Assembly (NCBI GenBank): GCA_032718475.1
Contig: JAUCBJ010001362.1
Coordinates: forward strand, 1-53,405
Length of the DNA stretch: 53,405 nucleotides
Direction: 5' to 3'
DNA from: Nemertoderma westbladi
Lineage: Eukaryota > Animalia > Xenacoelomorpha
A program made the position numbers and the translations under genes. The notes beneath the pieces are model-generated. The model had not been told where the DNA came from, searched no databases, and saw nothing but the letters and a program-made list of their open reading frames with translations. Shown piece by piece: positions 11,711-24,924 of this stretch; within the stretch, counting starts at the first letter, position 1; the number at the start of each line of letters is the position of its first letter.

Positions 11711-13574
11711 GATACTGTTAGTACTGTAGTAGTTGTAGTAGACTATTTGTTGTAATTATTTTGTGTGAGACAGGACTATCGGCTGGCTGCCTTATAAATC
11801 ACGAGATAAAAAGCAAAAATTATAATGTGCCAAAATACAAAGAGAAGATGAACTGTAATTTATTTATATTTTTGTTATAACAATACATATTGTACTGCAG
11901 TGTGTAGATTGTATATGAATAATGTTGTATGTATATTGCCGTGCATCCTAGTATATCACTGTAAGGAAAAGTCAATATTATTGATCTTAATTTTTTTGCT
12001 TCTGTGCTGTGCTGACACAGAATCCTAATGAAATGTATTATTCATGTTAATAATACTGTATGTAATAATACTGTAGGACTACTGGTGCCATGTGGGATCA
12101 TAGTGAACTCTATATATTGCCTAAGCGACTAATTTGATATAGTAAATGGGTTTATGAGATTGTAGCAGATGATAGTGCTGGAGTGAGAGGCCGCTTTCAG
12201 ATTTCATGAATCAAATGGCAATGGTGCGAACCTTTCGTCGCAATCAAAAGACTACCAGGGGAAGTCGACGCAAATAACGGCATTATACTGCCTTCTGGAC
12301 CGCGGACCGAGGTACCCAAATTGCAGATTTTAGTTATGTAATATTAACAGTACATCGACATAATAGCTTTTTGTATAATATAATCATGTACAATTAAATA
12401 CAGAAATATACTGTATATGTTCTTTGCCCACTATCAGACTATAGACTGATAGATAGATGTTAGAATATTTATAAATTACAACTATAAATGTAAATCAGCT
12501 ATTGTTTTAAAATTCTACAGCTTTACTGTACCGGACCTAAGACCTAACAATAAACCTGTGAATAAATCAGATGATGTATGATGAATTAACCCCCCCCCCC
12601 CCCCCCCCCCCCTTTCCCAACATAACATGTATGTGTTAATATATACCCTACATTGATGTGAGGAGCTGTGTTATATAAATATTAGTAAGCCAGCCCTATG
12701 ACATATGTGTACTGTACCATACCTAACGTTATTAGCTTTTGCAGATTAGATGAAGTGTTAATTAACAGTAGTGACCATGTGGTTGTACTGTAGTGGCCAG
12801 TTGCAACTCATCATAAATCTTAGTTTGAGCCGATCCGCTGAACCCCCCTCCATCCCGTCTAATATACCCGAAATAACATGTTCATGTACCAGCTGTTCTG
12901 ATGTACTAGTACTGTACCCGACCTATCATGTTTTAAGGTCATGTATAAATGCTTAAATGTGATGAATCAAAGAATAGATCTAGTCGTGTAACTTTACTTT
13001 GGTTCAAATTTGGAATATAACAATATATACGGTAGCGGTAGCCCACCATTTATGGAAAAGGGACGATAGTTTTGATGGCTAAACAATAAACCCAAAGAAT
13101 AATTATAGGTTGGTAATTATTAAACAGATATTGATGCGACGTCCAACATTAAATCTTTGTGTGCCAGCTGGTTTGCTGTACTGTACCCGATCTAACATGT
13201 TAGGTGATGTGTAAATCTGCTGACTCATTAAAGATTAGTCGTATGTATATTTCTGTATTTGACCATACTGCCATATGGCTGTATGGTAATAAAATATACC
13301 CTTCATTGATGGGAGGGCCGTCTACAGTATGTAATTGTTCATGACTAATCATGAACAAGCTTGATGACCTCTGTATACAGTATACCTGTATGCTGCCGTC
13401 CTAACTTGTTGTTAGATCAGGTGTGAAAGGGGCGGCTTAATTAAAAGAATAGGAAGCATAGATTATATAAGACAATATAATGTACTCTACCTAACATTTT
13501 CTTACCTAGCGGAATTGGGATGCTATCAAAAGGCTAAACTACTGCTTCCGAGTCCGACAATAAAAAAGTAATAG

Positions 13575-14050
13575 ATACTGGATTTTTAAACACCAACCCC
13601 AAAACATTCCAAGCCCCATTTTTTCTGATGTGGCCCCCAAAGAAACCCTTTTCCCAGGGGAACTTCCCCCAGAACAAACACAATACTGTTGCTGAATGAT
13701 TTAGAAATAAGTGATTGCCTATATATATACTACTGGTATTTGTTCCGGCGTAATGCTTTTCAATGTAAAATTTGTAATGGAAGCCTATAGGAGCGGACCA
13801 ACTATCGGTAGTATATCATACTCCTGGTATTTGGTCCGCACTATGAGATTTTTAATTACCCACGATATTGGATTTTTAAACACCAACCCCAAAACATTCC
13901 AAGCCCCATTTTTTCTGATTTGGCCCCCAAAGAAACCCTTTTCCCGGGGGAACTTCCCCCAGAACAAACACAACACTGTTGCTAAATGATTTAGTAATAA
14001 GTGATTGCCTATATATATACTACTGGTATTTGGTCCGGCCTAATGCTTTT
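13575..14050 (+). repeat. Direct duplication of ~180 bp, period 290 bp
   Basis: GGATTTTTAAACACCAACCCC... at 13580 and 13870, nearly identical. A related segment occurs at ~47505-47565. Confidence 0.9.
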
Positions 14051-14753
14051 CCTGCAATCAACTTTAAACTCCACCAGCCCTTCCATCCCCGGATTTATAA
14101 TCAAGTTCTGAAGTTCAGTTCGTCCTCACCTCAGTCATGTCAGTCTGTCAGCATTCAGTCTTAATCTACTCTGCGGCTCTGTGTAGGATAATGTGTGCAG
14201 CTGCAGTCTGTACAGCTGTAGGATGTCTGGATGTGTAAATCAACAGCAGTAAAGGCAGTCGGTGAGAAGTCAAAAATTGGACTTCAAGTCCAATTTTAGA
14301 CTTCAAGTCCAATTTTGGACTCCAAAGTCCAATATTGGACTTTAGTACAACTCCAAGTGTACCCATGCTGCCATACTGTATATCGGTATTTCAATCAAAA
14401 CTGCATCCCGTATCAGTACATATATATTGCATAATTACTATGCAACATCATTTTAATGATCAAATTAATTATTATACATATTATAAGCAGGGATCGCAGA
14501 TCGCACACGTACAGTCAGACATCAGTAGTTACTTTTTGCGGTAGTGGTATGGCTTTGCAGTAGCCTTACTACCTTAGTGGTGTATACCGCGGTAGCGAGT
14601 TTTAGCTGTATAGTTCATTCATACCCATTCAGCTGTGGTATTTTCGTATGGCAAAAATAATACTACTGTAAACTGTAACCTATTATGTTATTGAGTTAAT
14701 GTTTATTGACTAGGCCTAATTGTTTTGATTAGGTTCACTGTTTGACTGACAGA

Positions 14754-15021
14754 CTGTGTCAAGTACAATGCACACATCTCCAACCAGACACTATACAACA
14801 TTGGAGTTGGAGGTGTCTCATTAGTTCCACCAAGCTTGACACTAGAACAAAGCCGCCTCCGCTTTGCAGGACATTGCTTTCGCCCTGAGAACCAGCCTGT
14901 GCACCTCATGGAGTAAATAAGCATGGTTGACAGCCCATGACTTTCTTGAGACGCATCTTTCTTACTGTATCAAAGGAGACTGGCCTTGAAGATGCGGATG
15001 ATCTAGCAAATGTCATGGGTG
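14754..15021 (+). pseudogene. RTE LINE 3' fragment, interrupted; resumes at ~16044-16120
   Basis: Homologous to 11395-11652 (RLRFAGHC motif). The tail ATGGGTGATA...AGCCGGCACAGCA.TCTTAAT at 16044-16120 matches 11647-11707. Confidence 0.8.
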
Positions 15022-15024
15022 TCA

Positions 15025-16043
15025 CCAGGTTGGAATTTATGTAGAGTTTGCTCAACATGTGTGGCGCGCATTTAGGATCCTGGCGCAAAGGAACAGGGGC
15101 GTGTGGCGCGCATTAAGGATCCTGGCTGCAGTAGCAAAAAGTAGCTGCAGTACAGTAGCAAAATGCACTGGCATGGCAACATATCCAGCCACTCTACTTG
15201 AAATTATACCGGTCTGCCAGTAGAGCCTATTTTTAAAAAGAGTTAGGCCTAGGCCTTAAAAATTTTCGCTCCCTTCGCTCGCGTTCGTGTATTATGCCTG
15301 CCTACTGTACGCTCTACTCTTATTCATCATTCTAATAAATATACAGAATATAACAGGGATATTTGATTAGGCCTAGTGATATTTTATTACACAGTAGGCC
15401 TATTTGTTTATTAACCTAGGTCAGTAGGCCCCTATAGAAGTAGTTCCGTGCCTTGAACTGTTTTGCACTCCCACATTATGGACAAACCGACAGTCATGGC
15501 CAATCAGGCCAAAGTTTTAATGTCTTTCAAAATATGAGTTGTTTGAAAGGTTTTTCTATTGTTCACACCAATATAGCCTAAAACCACGATTCAGCAGATT
15601 TTCCGTGCTCGCTACACTCCGATTTAATTCATAATCACATCTGTAGGTCAAAAATAGTCGGTTAACCCAAAAATGTTAAAATTTTCTTGCTCGCTACGCT
15701 CGCAATTTAATCACATCTGTCAGTCTGTATTTAAAAACAGTCGGTTGACCTTCTATCTGAATATTACAGTATTACTGTACGCCTATTGCCTATTCAAGTT
15801 TACATTTCTGCAAAATTTTCTTGCTCGCTTCGCTCGCATTTTCATGTTAAATTACTGTAGGAGTGGGTCTGTCTGTAGCGTAGGTACTGCAGTATAAACT
15901 GATAAATGATTACAATAATTGCCAAATTTAATGGTTAATCTTTCAATGGTTGGCGCGCATTGAACTGTTGAATATCATGGTTGGCGCGCTTTTCGTTTAA
16001 CCAGAATCCGTGTGGCGCGCTTTTTGTCAATATTCCATATAGG
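15025..16043. mobile_element. MITE-like insertion with TGGCGCGC sub-terminal repeats splitting the RTE fragment
   Basis: TGGCGCGC clusters near both ends, internal GCTCGCTTCGCTCGC-type motifs, and ATGGGTG repeated on both sides of the insertion. Confidence 0.5.
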
Positions 16044-17372
16044 ATGGGTGATAAGGCTGTAAGAGTGTAAGGGAGTTGTGGAGGCGCACTTTTGTCAATA
16101 AGCCGGCACAGCATTCTTAATAGGGCCTATATATATAATGCAGCTGCAATGCAGCATGCCGATTGCTGGATTGTAGTTAGTAGTATGTGGTGAAAGGGCT
16201 CCTTCAATTGGTAAAGTCAAAGTGGCCGTTTATTGTATTAGTTAGAAAAGCAGCCTGCCTCTGTCAGTCTGTATCTGTAACCTGTTCCTTTCCCTCAATT
16301 GGTTTATGACGTGTGTTACTTCTGTACTTATTATGTGGAAACCCCAACACGTTAATCAGTTAATCCCCTTTCATTATCCAGCCGTTTTAAAATACCCTTC
16401 CTGTTGTATGGAAAAATTAGAAGAGATGGTGGCAGCATCAACTTGTAGTATTTCTTTCTGATAGGGCTCCCATAGGCTTAGACGAAATCGTAGCTTGTAC
16501 TGTGTACTGTAGTTAGCCTTAGCAGCAGCTGCAGTTGGCAAACCTGGCATTGCTACCAGTTTCCACGAAATATAATTTGTAATTAAATATTTCTTGGAGC
16601 ATAATCTAATCTAGTCCTAAAGACTCTAAAGTCCTGGGTACATAAGGCTGTAAGGTTAGACATAACATGAATGTTAACTAAACAATATGCTAAAAGTAAA
16701 GTACAAAGTACCTAGAATGCTAGAATGTACCATTATATTCTAAGTACAGTACACTGAAGATACATACAGAGCTGCAAAGGTAACTTTCCATAACTTAATA
16801 GCTGTCTGGCTGTCTCTCATCTGTTATGCTTCAGGTACATTTAAGTTTGATTCTCAATGTCGCGTCGAAAATTGGACTTAAAGTCCAATATTGGACTTTT
16901 GTAAAAATTCAAAGCCTTATAAAAAAGTTCCCCCTGGTGAATTCCAGGTCCCCCTGTTCAAAACTCTTATTTTTTGATATATTTTCGATTAAAAAAAAAA
17001 AATCCCGCCCGATCCAATTACCCAAGGCCCTGGAACAATTGGCTGATTTGAAGTCCAATATTGGACTCGCAGAAGTCAAATTTTGGACTTGAACTGGAGT
17101 CGAAGTCCAATTTTGGACTCAAGTCCAATTTTTGACTTCTCACCGACTGAAAGGTGAGTTTTAGGTTGGCCGTACTTCATACTCATGTTATATAGCTGTA
17201 TAGGCCTAATGCTGTAATGCTTTTGCATAAAAAAAATACCGGTAGTTCAGTAGTTCACAACAACTATCCAAGGAACTTAACCTTATTTTCTGTGTATGAA
17301 AATTAAGTTAGTTTCTAAAATTACGGTACTTTTGGCACATCAAGACTAGCGTGTTTCAGGCAGCTGGCAGGG

Positions 17373-17980
17373 CAGGGCCTTTCTGCCTTCACTAGTTCAC
17401 CCTGCTGCCAGACTGGAATCCATACACTTTGCGCCGGATTAATCCGGCGCACTTTGCAATAAAAGCGCGTCAATGTGGCGCGTGGCGCGCTCGAAAATCG
17501 TAAATCGCGCCGACTTTGGCGCTTGGCGCGCTCGAAAATCGTAAAGCGCGCCGGCTTTGGCGCTCCCAAAAATAAAGCGGCGCCGATTTGTTAGTTTACC
17601 GGTTTAACAATTAGGCTATGGAAGTGCCTTAAAAATTGCATTAGGCCTAGTTGTTTAAAAATTTCGGCTCGCTTCGCTCGCCTTTCGTTTTCTGTTGTAT
17701 GGTTCAGTGGTTATGGTTAGGCAACTGTTGTATAGCTGTATAGGGCAGCAGGGACTGGTACAGCAGTACTGACTGACTTGACATCGACAGATTGGTTACA
17801 CTCCCTCAAATTGAATTTGCATTGGCGTGCCGCTCTTCAAAATTGTTTCAATGCGTGGCGCGCTTAAAAATTAAGTTGGCGCAGGGTTTTTCTTCGAAAT
17901 GGCATCGGCGCGCGGCGCGCATAAAAATTGGTCGGCGCGCTATCCGGCGCACTTTTTGGATGGATTCCATACAGGCCCTG
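17373..17980. mobile_element. hAT-like MITE with GGCGCG sub-terminal repeats
   Basis: CAGGGCCT (17373) and AGGCCCTG (17980) ends, inverted GGAATCCAT...GCGCCGGAT blocks, many GGCGCG motifs. No clear 8-bp TSD. Confidence 0.5.
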
Positions 17981-18723
17981 CTGCCCTGTCACCTGTACTG
18001 CAGTTGGCCTACTGTAACGGTACTGTACTGCAGTAAGTAGTTGTCTGGTTGTACTGTACAGTCAGACAGTTGTCAGTAGTCAGGTAGTACTGGCTGACTT
18101 GTGCAGTGTTCTGTAACCTGCTCCTTTCCCTTGTTCCCTCAATTGGAAATGCAGAAATCTGGCCGTTTATTGATTTGGTTAGAAAATCCTGCCTCTGTAA
18201 CCTGCTCCTTTCCCTCAATTGATTTATGACGTGTGTTGCTTATATTGTTAGGCCTACAGTCTGACTGTATTACAGTATTTATGTCTGTATCATGTGTATG
18301 TCTGTCTATCTGTATGTGGTCATGTGGAGGCCAGAGGCCCCCAAAATCGTTAATCCCGACTGCCCGATCCGGATATTAATTTTTTTATTTTGGACCTCAA
18401 TTCAGCAATTTACTGATTTATCAAACAAACCGAATTGCTGAAATGCTACGATAACAAAAACGTCACAGTTTTTATTTTATATAAGAGTCCTAAAGCGGTT
18501 CCTCATTCTGTCATTACTGCATTAGCCTACCTCCATTAGTGGGTTTAGGGGTACTGGTTCGGTATATAACCCTTTTCCATACATACATATGTTGCGGCAG
18601 TGCGGTATAGCTGTATAGGCCTACTGCTGTACTGTAAGTACTGGAGTATGAAGCGGGGGTTTCGGGTAATATTATAATATAGGCCTACGTAATTCCGTAA
18701 TGTAATGATTCCGTAATGATTCT

Positions 18724-20010
18724 ATGATTGCCCCCCCCCCCCCCCCCCCCCCCCTTCCCCCCTGGCCAGCCAAAACTGCCAGACATGCACATTCTGACAT
18801 AAGCTGATAAGTGTAATATATCATTCGAAAGATAATTTATTTCTGAGCTTGCATGCAAAATTTTATGGTCCAATACAAAACCCAAAAGTATAAACATTTT
18901 ATAGGCTATTCTTTAAACCAATCTTATTTTTCAATATTTTTGATTTAATCACAATTAAAAAATATAATTTATCCAGCGCTGGTCTTTACAGCCATGTTTC
19001 CCCTTTGAAGCATGGGGAGCTCCTCGATATGCGATAGTGGCAAAGGATATTGGCCCTCAAAAGGGCCATTTTGGTTTGAGTTCAGTTTGATTATGCCACA
19101 GAACCTCGACCCTCTCTAAAAGTAACATCTGATCGTGTCAACCATACGTTTTTCTTCAGAGTCTTCGGGTCAGCCTAATCACCCAACTACACCCAACTTT
19201 CACCCAACTACACCCAACTACACCCAACTACACCCAACTACACCCAACTTTCACCCAACTACACCCAACTTTCACCCAACTACCACCCAACTACACCCAA
19301 CTTTCACCAACTACACCCAACTTCAACACAACAGCATCCAACTTACACCAAACTATACTGTATGGCACCTATCTTCCACAAATTACAATATGTACAGTAA
19401 CAAACTCTGAACTTCTTTGAAGAATTGCTGAGATAAGAACTTTTAAAAGTTGCATGTACTCGTGCTGTATTTTGCCATCACTGCCCTGCAATTATGAAAA
19501 TAACTAACTAACATTTTATTTTTATTGCAGGTTGATTCTAGAATAATTGATGAATTTAGCAATAAATATACAAAGGAGAGACACAGAGACTATTGACGAA
19601 CGATCCAGATACCTATAGATGTCTACACATACCACGCATCAAAACTCCAAACTAAGCTACAGTACAAACTAAACTGGCGCTGTGGGATTGCGGTGAAAAT
19701 GAAAACGGTATTGATACACAGGAGGGTCACCGTCACAGCCTTAACGACGAAATCGCATTATTGGAAACTTCTGCTGTGGGAATAGCAATGCAGATAATTC
19801 GTACAAAGTTAATGGACATAAGTTCTATATTATACAGTATGTTTAATGCAATTATAATAATGTAATTATCCTTTATGTATCATAAAATACAAGAAAATAA
19901 ACTGTAACATTATTTTCAGCTTCTTTATCTTAAACGTTATGGCCTTTATACTGTATTAATTAATTTTTAACGAAACAACAGAAATAATTTTAGAACTTTT
20001 TACATTTCTC
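18724..20010 (+). repeat. Left arm of a long inverted repeat (partner 22100-23510)
   Basis: 18724-18981 is the reverse complement of 23286-23510; 19165-19925 of 22435-23110; 19935-20010 of 22100-22170. Confidence 0.9.
19179..19350 (+). repeat. CACCCAACTA / CACCCAACTTT 10-11 bp repeat array
   Basis: Directly visible; reverse-complement arrays at ~20720-20925 and ~22960-23100. Confidence 0.95.
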
Positions 20011-20257
20011 ATTACATTTTACATGTCTCAAGTTTACACTCCATTTGGCTCCCTGATCCAATCTTAATGGTTAGCAAATAAAGTACTTTCTGTATAATAT
20101 AGGCGAATAATAAATTTCTCATGGAACCAAAATAATAAACGAAAGATAAGATCAAATTAATATAAAGGCCACGAAGTTTAGAATAAAACTGTTGAAAATA
20201 AAGACTACTGTATGTTACAATCTTTCTTGTAATATGATACAAAGGATAATTATAATA

Positions 20258-20385
20258 TTTTATTGTTAAATTTCTGAATTACTTAACGCTTGTCCTTGGA
20301 CAAGCCGTAAATATAGTAGATAGATGGATTATTTGCGGCTCGTCCATAGACGAGCGTTAAGTAATCAAGAAATTTAACAATAAAA
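20258..20385. repeat. Imperfect palindrome, ~56-bp arms, each with an inner GCTCGTC..TAGACGAGC-type palindrome
   Basis: TTTTATTGTTAAATTTCT...ATTACTTAACGCT pairs with AGCGTTAAGTAAT...AGAAATTTAACAATAAAA. Confidence 0.85.
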
Positions 20386-20719
20386 CAACGTATTATAGTG
20401 TATAATGTACTTTTATCTCACTTCGGTCCCTCGTTTCAATATTTCACTAACTCGAATATGATAATAACTCGAAATAAATTTTCCAGTATTTACTAATTAT
20501 CATAGTGCGTTAAGGCTCGCCTTTACTACGTGGCTCGCATGTTCTCGCTGTTATGCCTCAGAACTAAACATTAGATATATTGTACTGTATGTCCTACTCA
20601 TCTTCACATCCAAAAAGCGACGTAGATTAGGATTTGTATGGTTTTTGACAATTTTATAATTTGCTTTATAATTTTTTATTTTCAAAAATCCTGACCTGCG
20701 AGAAAGTGGTGAAAGGTAA

Positions 20720-20925
20720 GTGTAGTTGGGTGGAAGTGAGACAATGTTGAGTGTACTGTAGTTGGGTGATAGTTGGGTGTAGTTGGGTGGAGAATTGGGT
20801 GTAGTTGGGTGAAAGTTGGGTGTTGTTGGGGGTAGTTGGGTGAAAGTTGGGTGTAGTTGGGTGAGAGTTGGGTGGAAGTGGAGTGTAGTTGGGTGAAAGT
20901 GAGTCAAAGTTGAGTGTAGTTGGTT
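20720..20925 (-). repeat. Third CACCCAACTA-type array (minus orientation) in the spacer of the long inverted repeat
   Basis: TAGTTGGGTG and AAAGTTGGGTG units. Confidence 0.9.
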
Positions 20926-21221
20926 GGAGAGTTTGGTGTTCTGTGGGACGAGTCACGCAGTCAGGGCAAGCCTTAGCGCACAATTGCAATTAGTAAAAAT
21001 AGGGCAAAATTTCATCTCCAGTCGGTCGTTCTGTCCGCTTGTCTGTCTGTAACGAAAAATTCATTCGTAAGTAACTTTTGAAGATTTTCGCCAACTGATC
21101 CACATTAAAGCCCGATGAGAAACCCCACTTGGGATCCGACTATGTAGCAACATACCTAAAGTGTGTGACATATTATTCATTCACATGTGAGAATTTAGCT
21201 TGGAAACCTCAATGTTGATCA

Positions 21222-21710
21222 GATAGACTTTGCTGATGACTTAGGAGTACTCTCAGAATCATTAGAGGGAGCCCAACGGCTCCTCAGCTCATTAGAACAT
21301 TCTGCTTCTAGTGTTTGGTCTTTTTATTACCTCCAGAAAGACCACAATTTTGACAGTTAACTTTGAAAGTCCTCAGCAAGTCTCTGATCGGATGAGCATA
21401 AGCTCAAAGGATGGTATGCTTGAGCATGTGGACAACTTCTGTTACCTGGGATCATGGATCCGGAAGTCAGGTGAGGACCTTCGAATACGTAAGGGAAAGG
21501 CATGGGCAGCCTTGAATAGGCTTTCCAGGATTTGGAAGTCACCGAGAATTAATCGGAAACTCAAGGTCCGATTATTTAGAGCAGCAGTAGTTCCAGTACT
21601 CCTCTACGGGAGTCCATGCTGGGCTCTAACTGCTGAGGACACCAAATCTCTGGATGGCACATTCACAAGAATGCTACGCCGGGTTCATTGTGTCAAGTAC
21701 AATGCACACA
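21222..21710 (+). pseudogene. Internal RTE LINE fragment (RT C-terminal part) flanked by a 27-bp direct repeat
   Basis: DFADDLGVLSE...FCYLGSWI...IRKGKAWAALNRLSRIWKS...VLLYGSPCW (ORF 21311-21742). Flanks 21195-21221 and 21711-21737 match at 26/27. Confidence 0.9.
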
Positions 21711-22099
21711 TTAGTTTGGAAACCTCAATGTTGATCACATGAGGATTTTCGAATGGGTGGAATGTCTGAAAGATTAAATACACTTCTCCCATTTCGTTGT
21801 TTGTAATAAAATAAGCTGAATATTGTCATATCCTACTGTACATATACTGTACAGTATGTACTAGAGACCACAAGCCGCGTCTATATGATTACGTTGATCA
21901 ACGTCTGCAATTCTCTACCCTAGTGTGATGAATTATTATTTCTACTACTGTAAGATCTGTAATGTATAACGATCTTATCGATTCTCATACTGTAGAGATC
22001 TTGTCCATTCTGGCATCGCCTGTATGTGAAGATCATAATAAGTTCCTTGCAGAAATTCCCTTGACCTATACAGATCTTACCAGATCCCCTTTTAGTTTA

Positions 22100-23510
22100 T
22101 CAAAAATGTAAAATGTTCTAAAATTATTGCTGTTGTTTCGTTAAAAATTAATTAATATAAAGGCCATAAAGTTCGCCCATGTGAATAATACCAGGATTTC
22201 ACTTTTCGGTCGACATTTTATTGGAATTTTATGTATGAAGATTTTTTATTTTTTTTAATTTATCTTTTTGATACGTTTCGTTTTGATACGGCTAAATTTC
22301 GTTTATTGTTTTGGTTAGATTCAGCCCTTTTGTAACCTGTGATTTTAATGAAAACCTGGGATTCTTCACATGGGGGCAACTGCAAAGTTAAATATATAAC
22401 GGCAGAAAGTGTTTACATGGGCCCAAGATTAAAATAAAGCTGCTGAAAATAATGTTACAGTTCTTTTTCTTGTATTCTATGATACATAAAGGATAATTAC
22501 ATTATTATAATTGCATTAAACATACTGTATAATATAGAACTTATGTCCATTAACTTTGTACGAATTATCTGCATTGCTATTCCCATAACAGAAGTTTCCA
22601 ATGCGATTTCGTCGTTAAGGCTGTGACGGTGACCCTCCTGTGTATCAATACCGTTTTCATTTTCACCACAATCCCATAGCGCCAGTTTAGTTTTATACTG
22701 TAGCTTGGATCGTTTGTCAATAGTCTCTGCGTCTCTCCTTTGTATATTTATTGCTAAATTCATCAATTATTCTAGAACCAACCTGCAATAAATATAAAAC
22801 GTTAGTTTGTTATTTTCATAATTGCTCAGCAGTGGGGGCAACATACAGTACATGAAACATTTATAAGCTCATATCTCAGCAATTCCTCGAGAGTTTGTTA
22901 CTGTACATATTGTAATTTGTGGAAGTTTGGTGCCATACAGTAGGTATAGTTTTGTGTAAGTTGGATGCAGAGTGGAAGTGGAAGTTGGGTGTAGTGGGGT
23001 GGAACTGTGTGGGTGTAGTTGGCTGAAAGTTGGGTGTAGTTGGGTGAAAGTTGGGTGTAGTTGGGTGTAGTTGGGTGAAAGTTGGGTGTAGTTGGGTGTT
23101 TAGGCTGACCGGAGTCATCAAAGATTGCACTGGAACTTGTCATTTTAATTACTTCTGTTAGGCCTAATTCAGTAAAATTACCAAAGAAACACTAATACCG
23201 GTAACTGAATACTGTAATATATTGCAATACAGCAAAAGTCAGTCAGTAATAACTGTTTAAACAGGGCTGCAAATCTGATGACTAACGCTGGATAAATTAT
23301 TATTTTTTAATTGTGATTAAATCACAAATATTGAAAAATAAGATTGGTTTAAAGAATTGCCTATAAAATGTTTTTACTTTTGTATTAGACCCTAAATTTT
23401 TGCATGCAAGCTCAGAATTAAATTATCTTTCGAATGATATATTACACTAAAGTGCATGTCTCGCAGTTTTGGCTAGCCAGGCACCAGGGGGGGGGGGTGG
23501 GGGCAATCAT
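22100..23510 (-). repeat. Right arm of the long inverted repeat
   Basis: Reverse complement of 18724-20010, with arm-specific segments at ~22171-22430 and ~23110-23285. Confidence 0.9.
22171..22380. mobile_element. Small MITE inserted in the right arm
   Basis: CCCATGTGAATAATACCAGG and CCTGGGATTCTTCACATGGG imperfect inverted ends; absent from the left arm. Confidence 0.55.
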
Positions 23511-24054
23511 TATGGAACACCCGGTATATCACTTTATTTTACAGTCCTGAACTATTAGTAAGATTATATTACAATTCGTTATAATTTATTACAGTACTTC
23601 AGTCCCTGTTTTTCGGGATAACGTTTAAAAACCAGTTCGAGTTCATTGGTACCAGTACGCAGTACATCATACACCTCCATTTTTATAAATATGTACCAAC
23701 CAATGTTTTTGAATTTTTATTTTAAACATTTTTGAAATATCAAAATATATTTTGCTATTATTTCATAATAAATTTTTTTTATTTTAGAATTTATTGTTTG
23801 ACAAATTTTCGCTACAGTATTGCTTCGTTTCTTTATTAAGGTCGCTGCGCCCGTTAAATACAATATCTCAAGCATAGTGAAAAGTGTTGTTTTTCAATAT
23901 TTACCATACCGGTATATCTAGTAAATTATTATTTATATTACAGAAAAAGCCCACAAGCCAATTGCAGACACCCTCTTCCAGTCACAAGTGGGATACCAAA
24001 CAAGTATAGCAAGCATCCTCACTGATAATAATGTGCGATTGATGCTCCATTCTC

Positions 24055-24400
24055 AACACTGGCACGCCTTCCCTTACTCTCCACACCATTCCCAATCCTG
24101 GCACGCCTTCCCTTACCCTCCACACCATTCCCAACCCTGGCACGCCTTCCCTTACCCTCCACACCATTCCCAATCCTGGCACGCCTTCCCCTACCCTCCA
24201 CACCATTCCCAACCCTGGCACGCCTTCCCTTACCCTCCACACCATTCCCAACCCTGGCACGCCTTCCCTTACCCTCCACACCATTCCCAATCCTGGCACG
24301 CCTTCCCTTACCCTCCACACCATTCCCAACCCTGGCACGCCTTCCCTTACCCTCCACACCATTCCCAATCCTGGCACGCCTTCCCCTACCCTCCACACCA
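24055..24400. repeat. 39-bp C-rich minisatellite (CCACACCATTCCCAAYCCTGGCACGCCTTCCCTTACCCT), about 9 copies
   Basis: Directly visible; gives 13-aa periodic ORFs on both strands. Confidence 0.95.
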
Positions 24401-24924
24401 CATCACTTCCATATCCCCTCCCTACCCCAACCCCTACCATGGAATACAGGACAGACCGTGCTCCCCCAACCAACCCTATCCCCACCCTCGTTCTGATTTA
24501 TACCCAAGTTTGTCTTCCGTCTTAATGAGTGGGATTTAGATGGAGCATCGAAGGGGCCTGTGTAGGATAATGTGTGGGTGAAGTCCGTAAGATGTGACAG
24601 TGGTATGGACTAGTGGACTCAAGTTAGATCCTAAAACGACAGGAGTAAAGACCAATTACTGTCTGGGGAACTTAATTTCTGTAATATGTTACAGAAACAG
24701 GTAATATTCCCAAGCGAAATACCAAATTATTTACTGTGTTTGTTCGCTTGTACAATGTACATCCCAGGTAACGCTGAATGTGTAAGATAAACTTTTCTGA
24801 TACATATTGCAGTTATACGGTGTCTCACCATTGTGTTGTTGTTAGTGCTTGCTAAGTTGCTACTCTAGTTGAGAGAAACGTTCCTTATATATGTTGCTTA
24901 TATATATCCCCCCCCCCCCCAATC

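Larger units (their letters stand above)
14256..17149. mobile_element. Non-autonomous TIR DNA transposon with 5-bp TSD (AAAGG) and nested insertions
   Basis: 29-bp perfect TIR CAGTCGGTGAGAAGTCAAAAATTGGACTT at both ends. AAAGG at 14251-14255 and 17150-17154. Sub-terminal palindromic units AGTCCAATATTGGACT and variants on both sides. Confidence 0.85.

Noticed and set aside
12165-12315. GC-richer island with AG and GT boundaries, a possible exon
   Set aside because: No frame stays open across it and no partner exons were identified.
19179-19350. CACCCAACTA arrays as telomeric repeats
   Set aside because: Mixed 10/11-bp units, short, and embedded at matching positions of a dispersed inverted repeat; not a recognised telomere motif.
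23982-24539. 13-aa repeat ORFs on both strands
   Set aside because: Translation of the 39-bp minisatellite.
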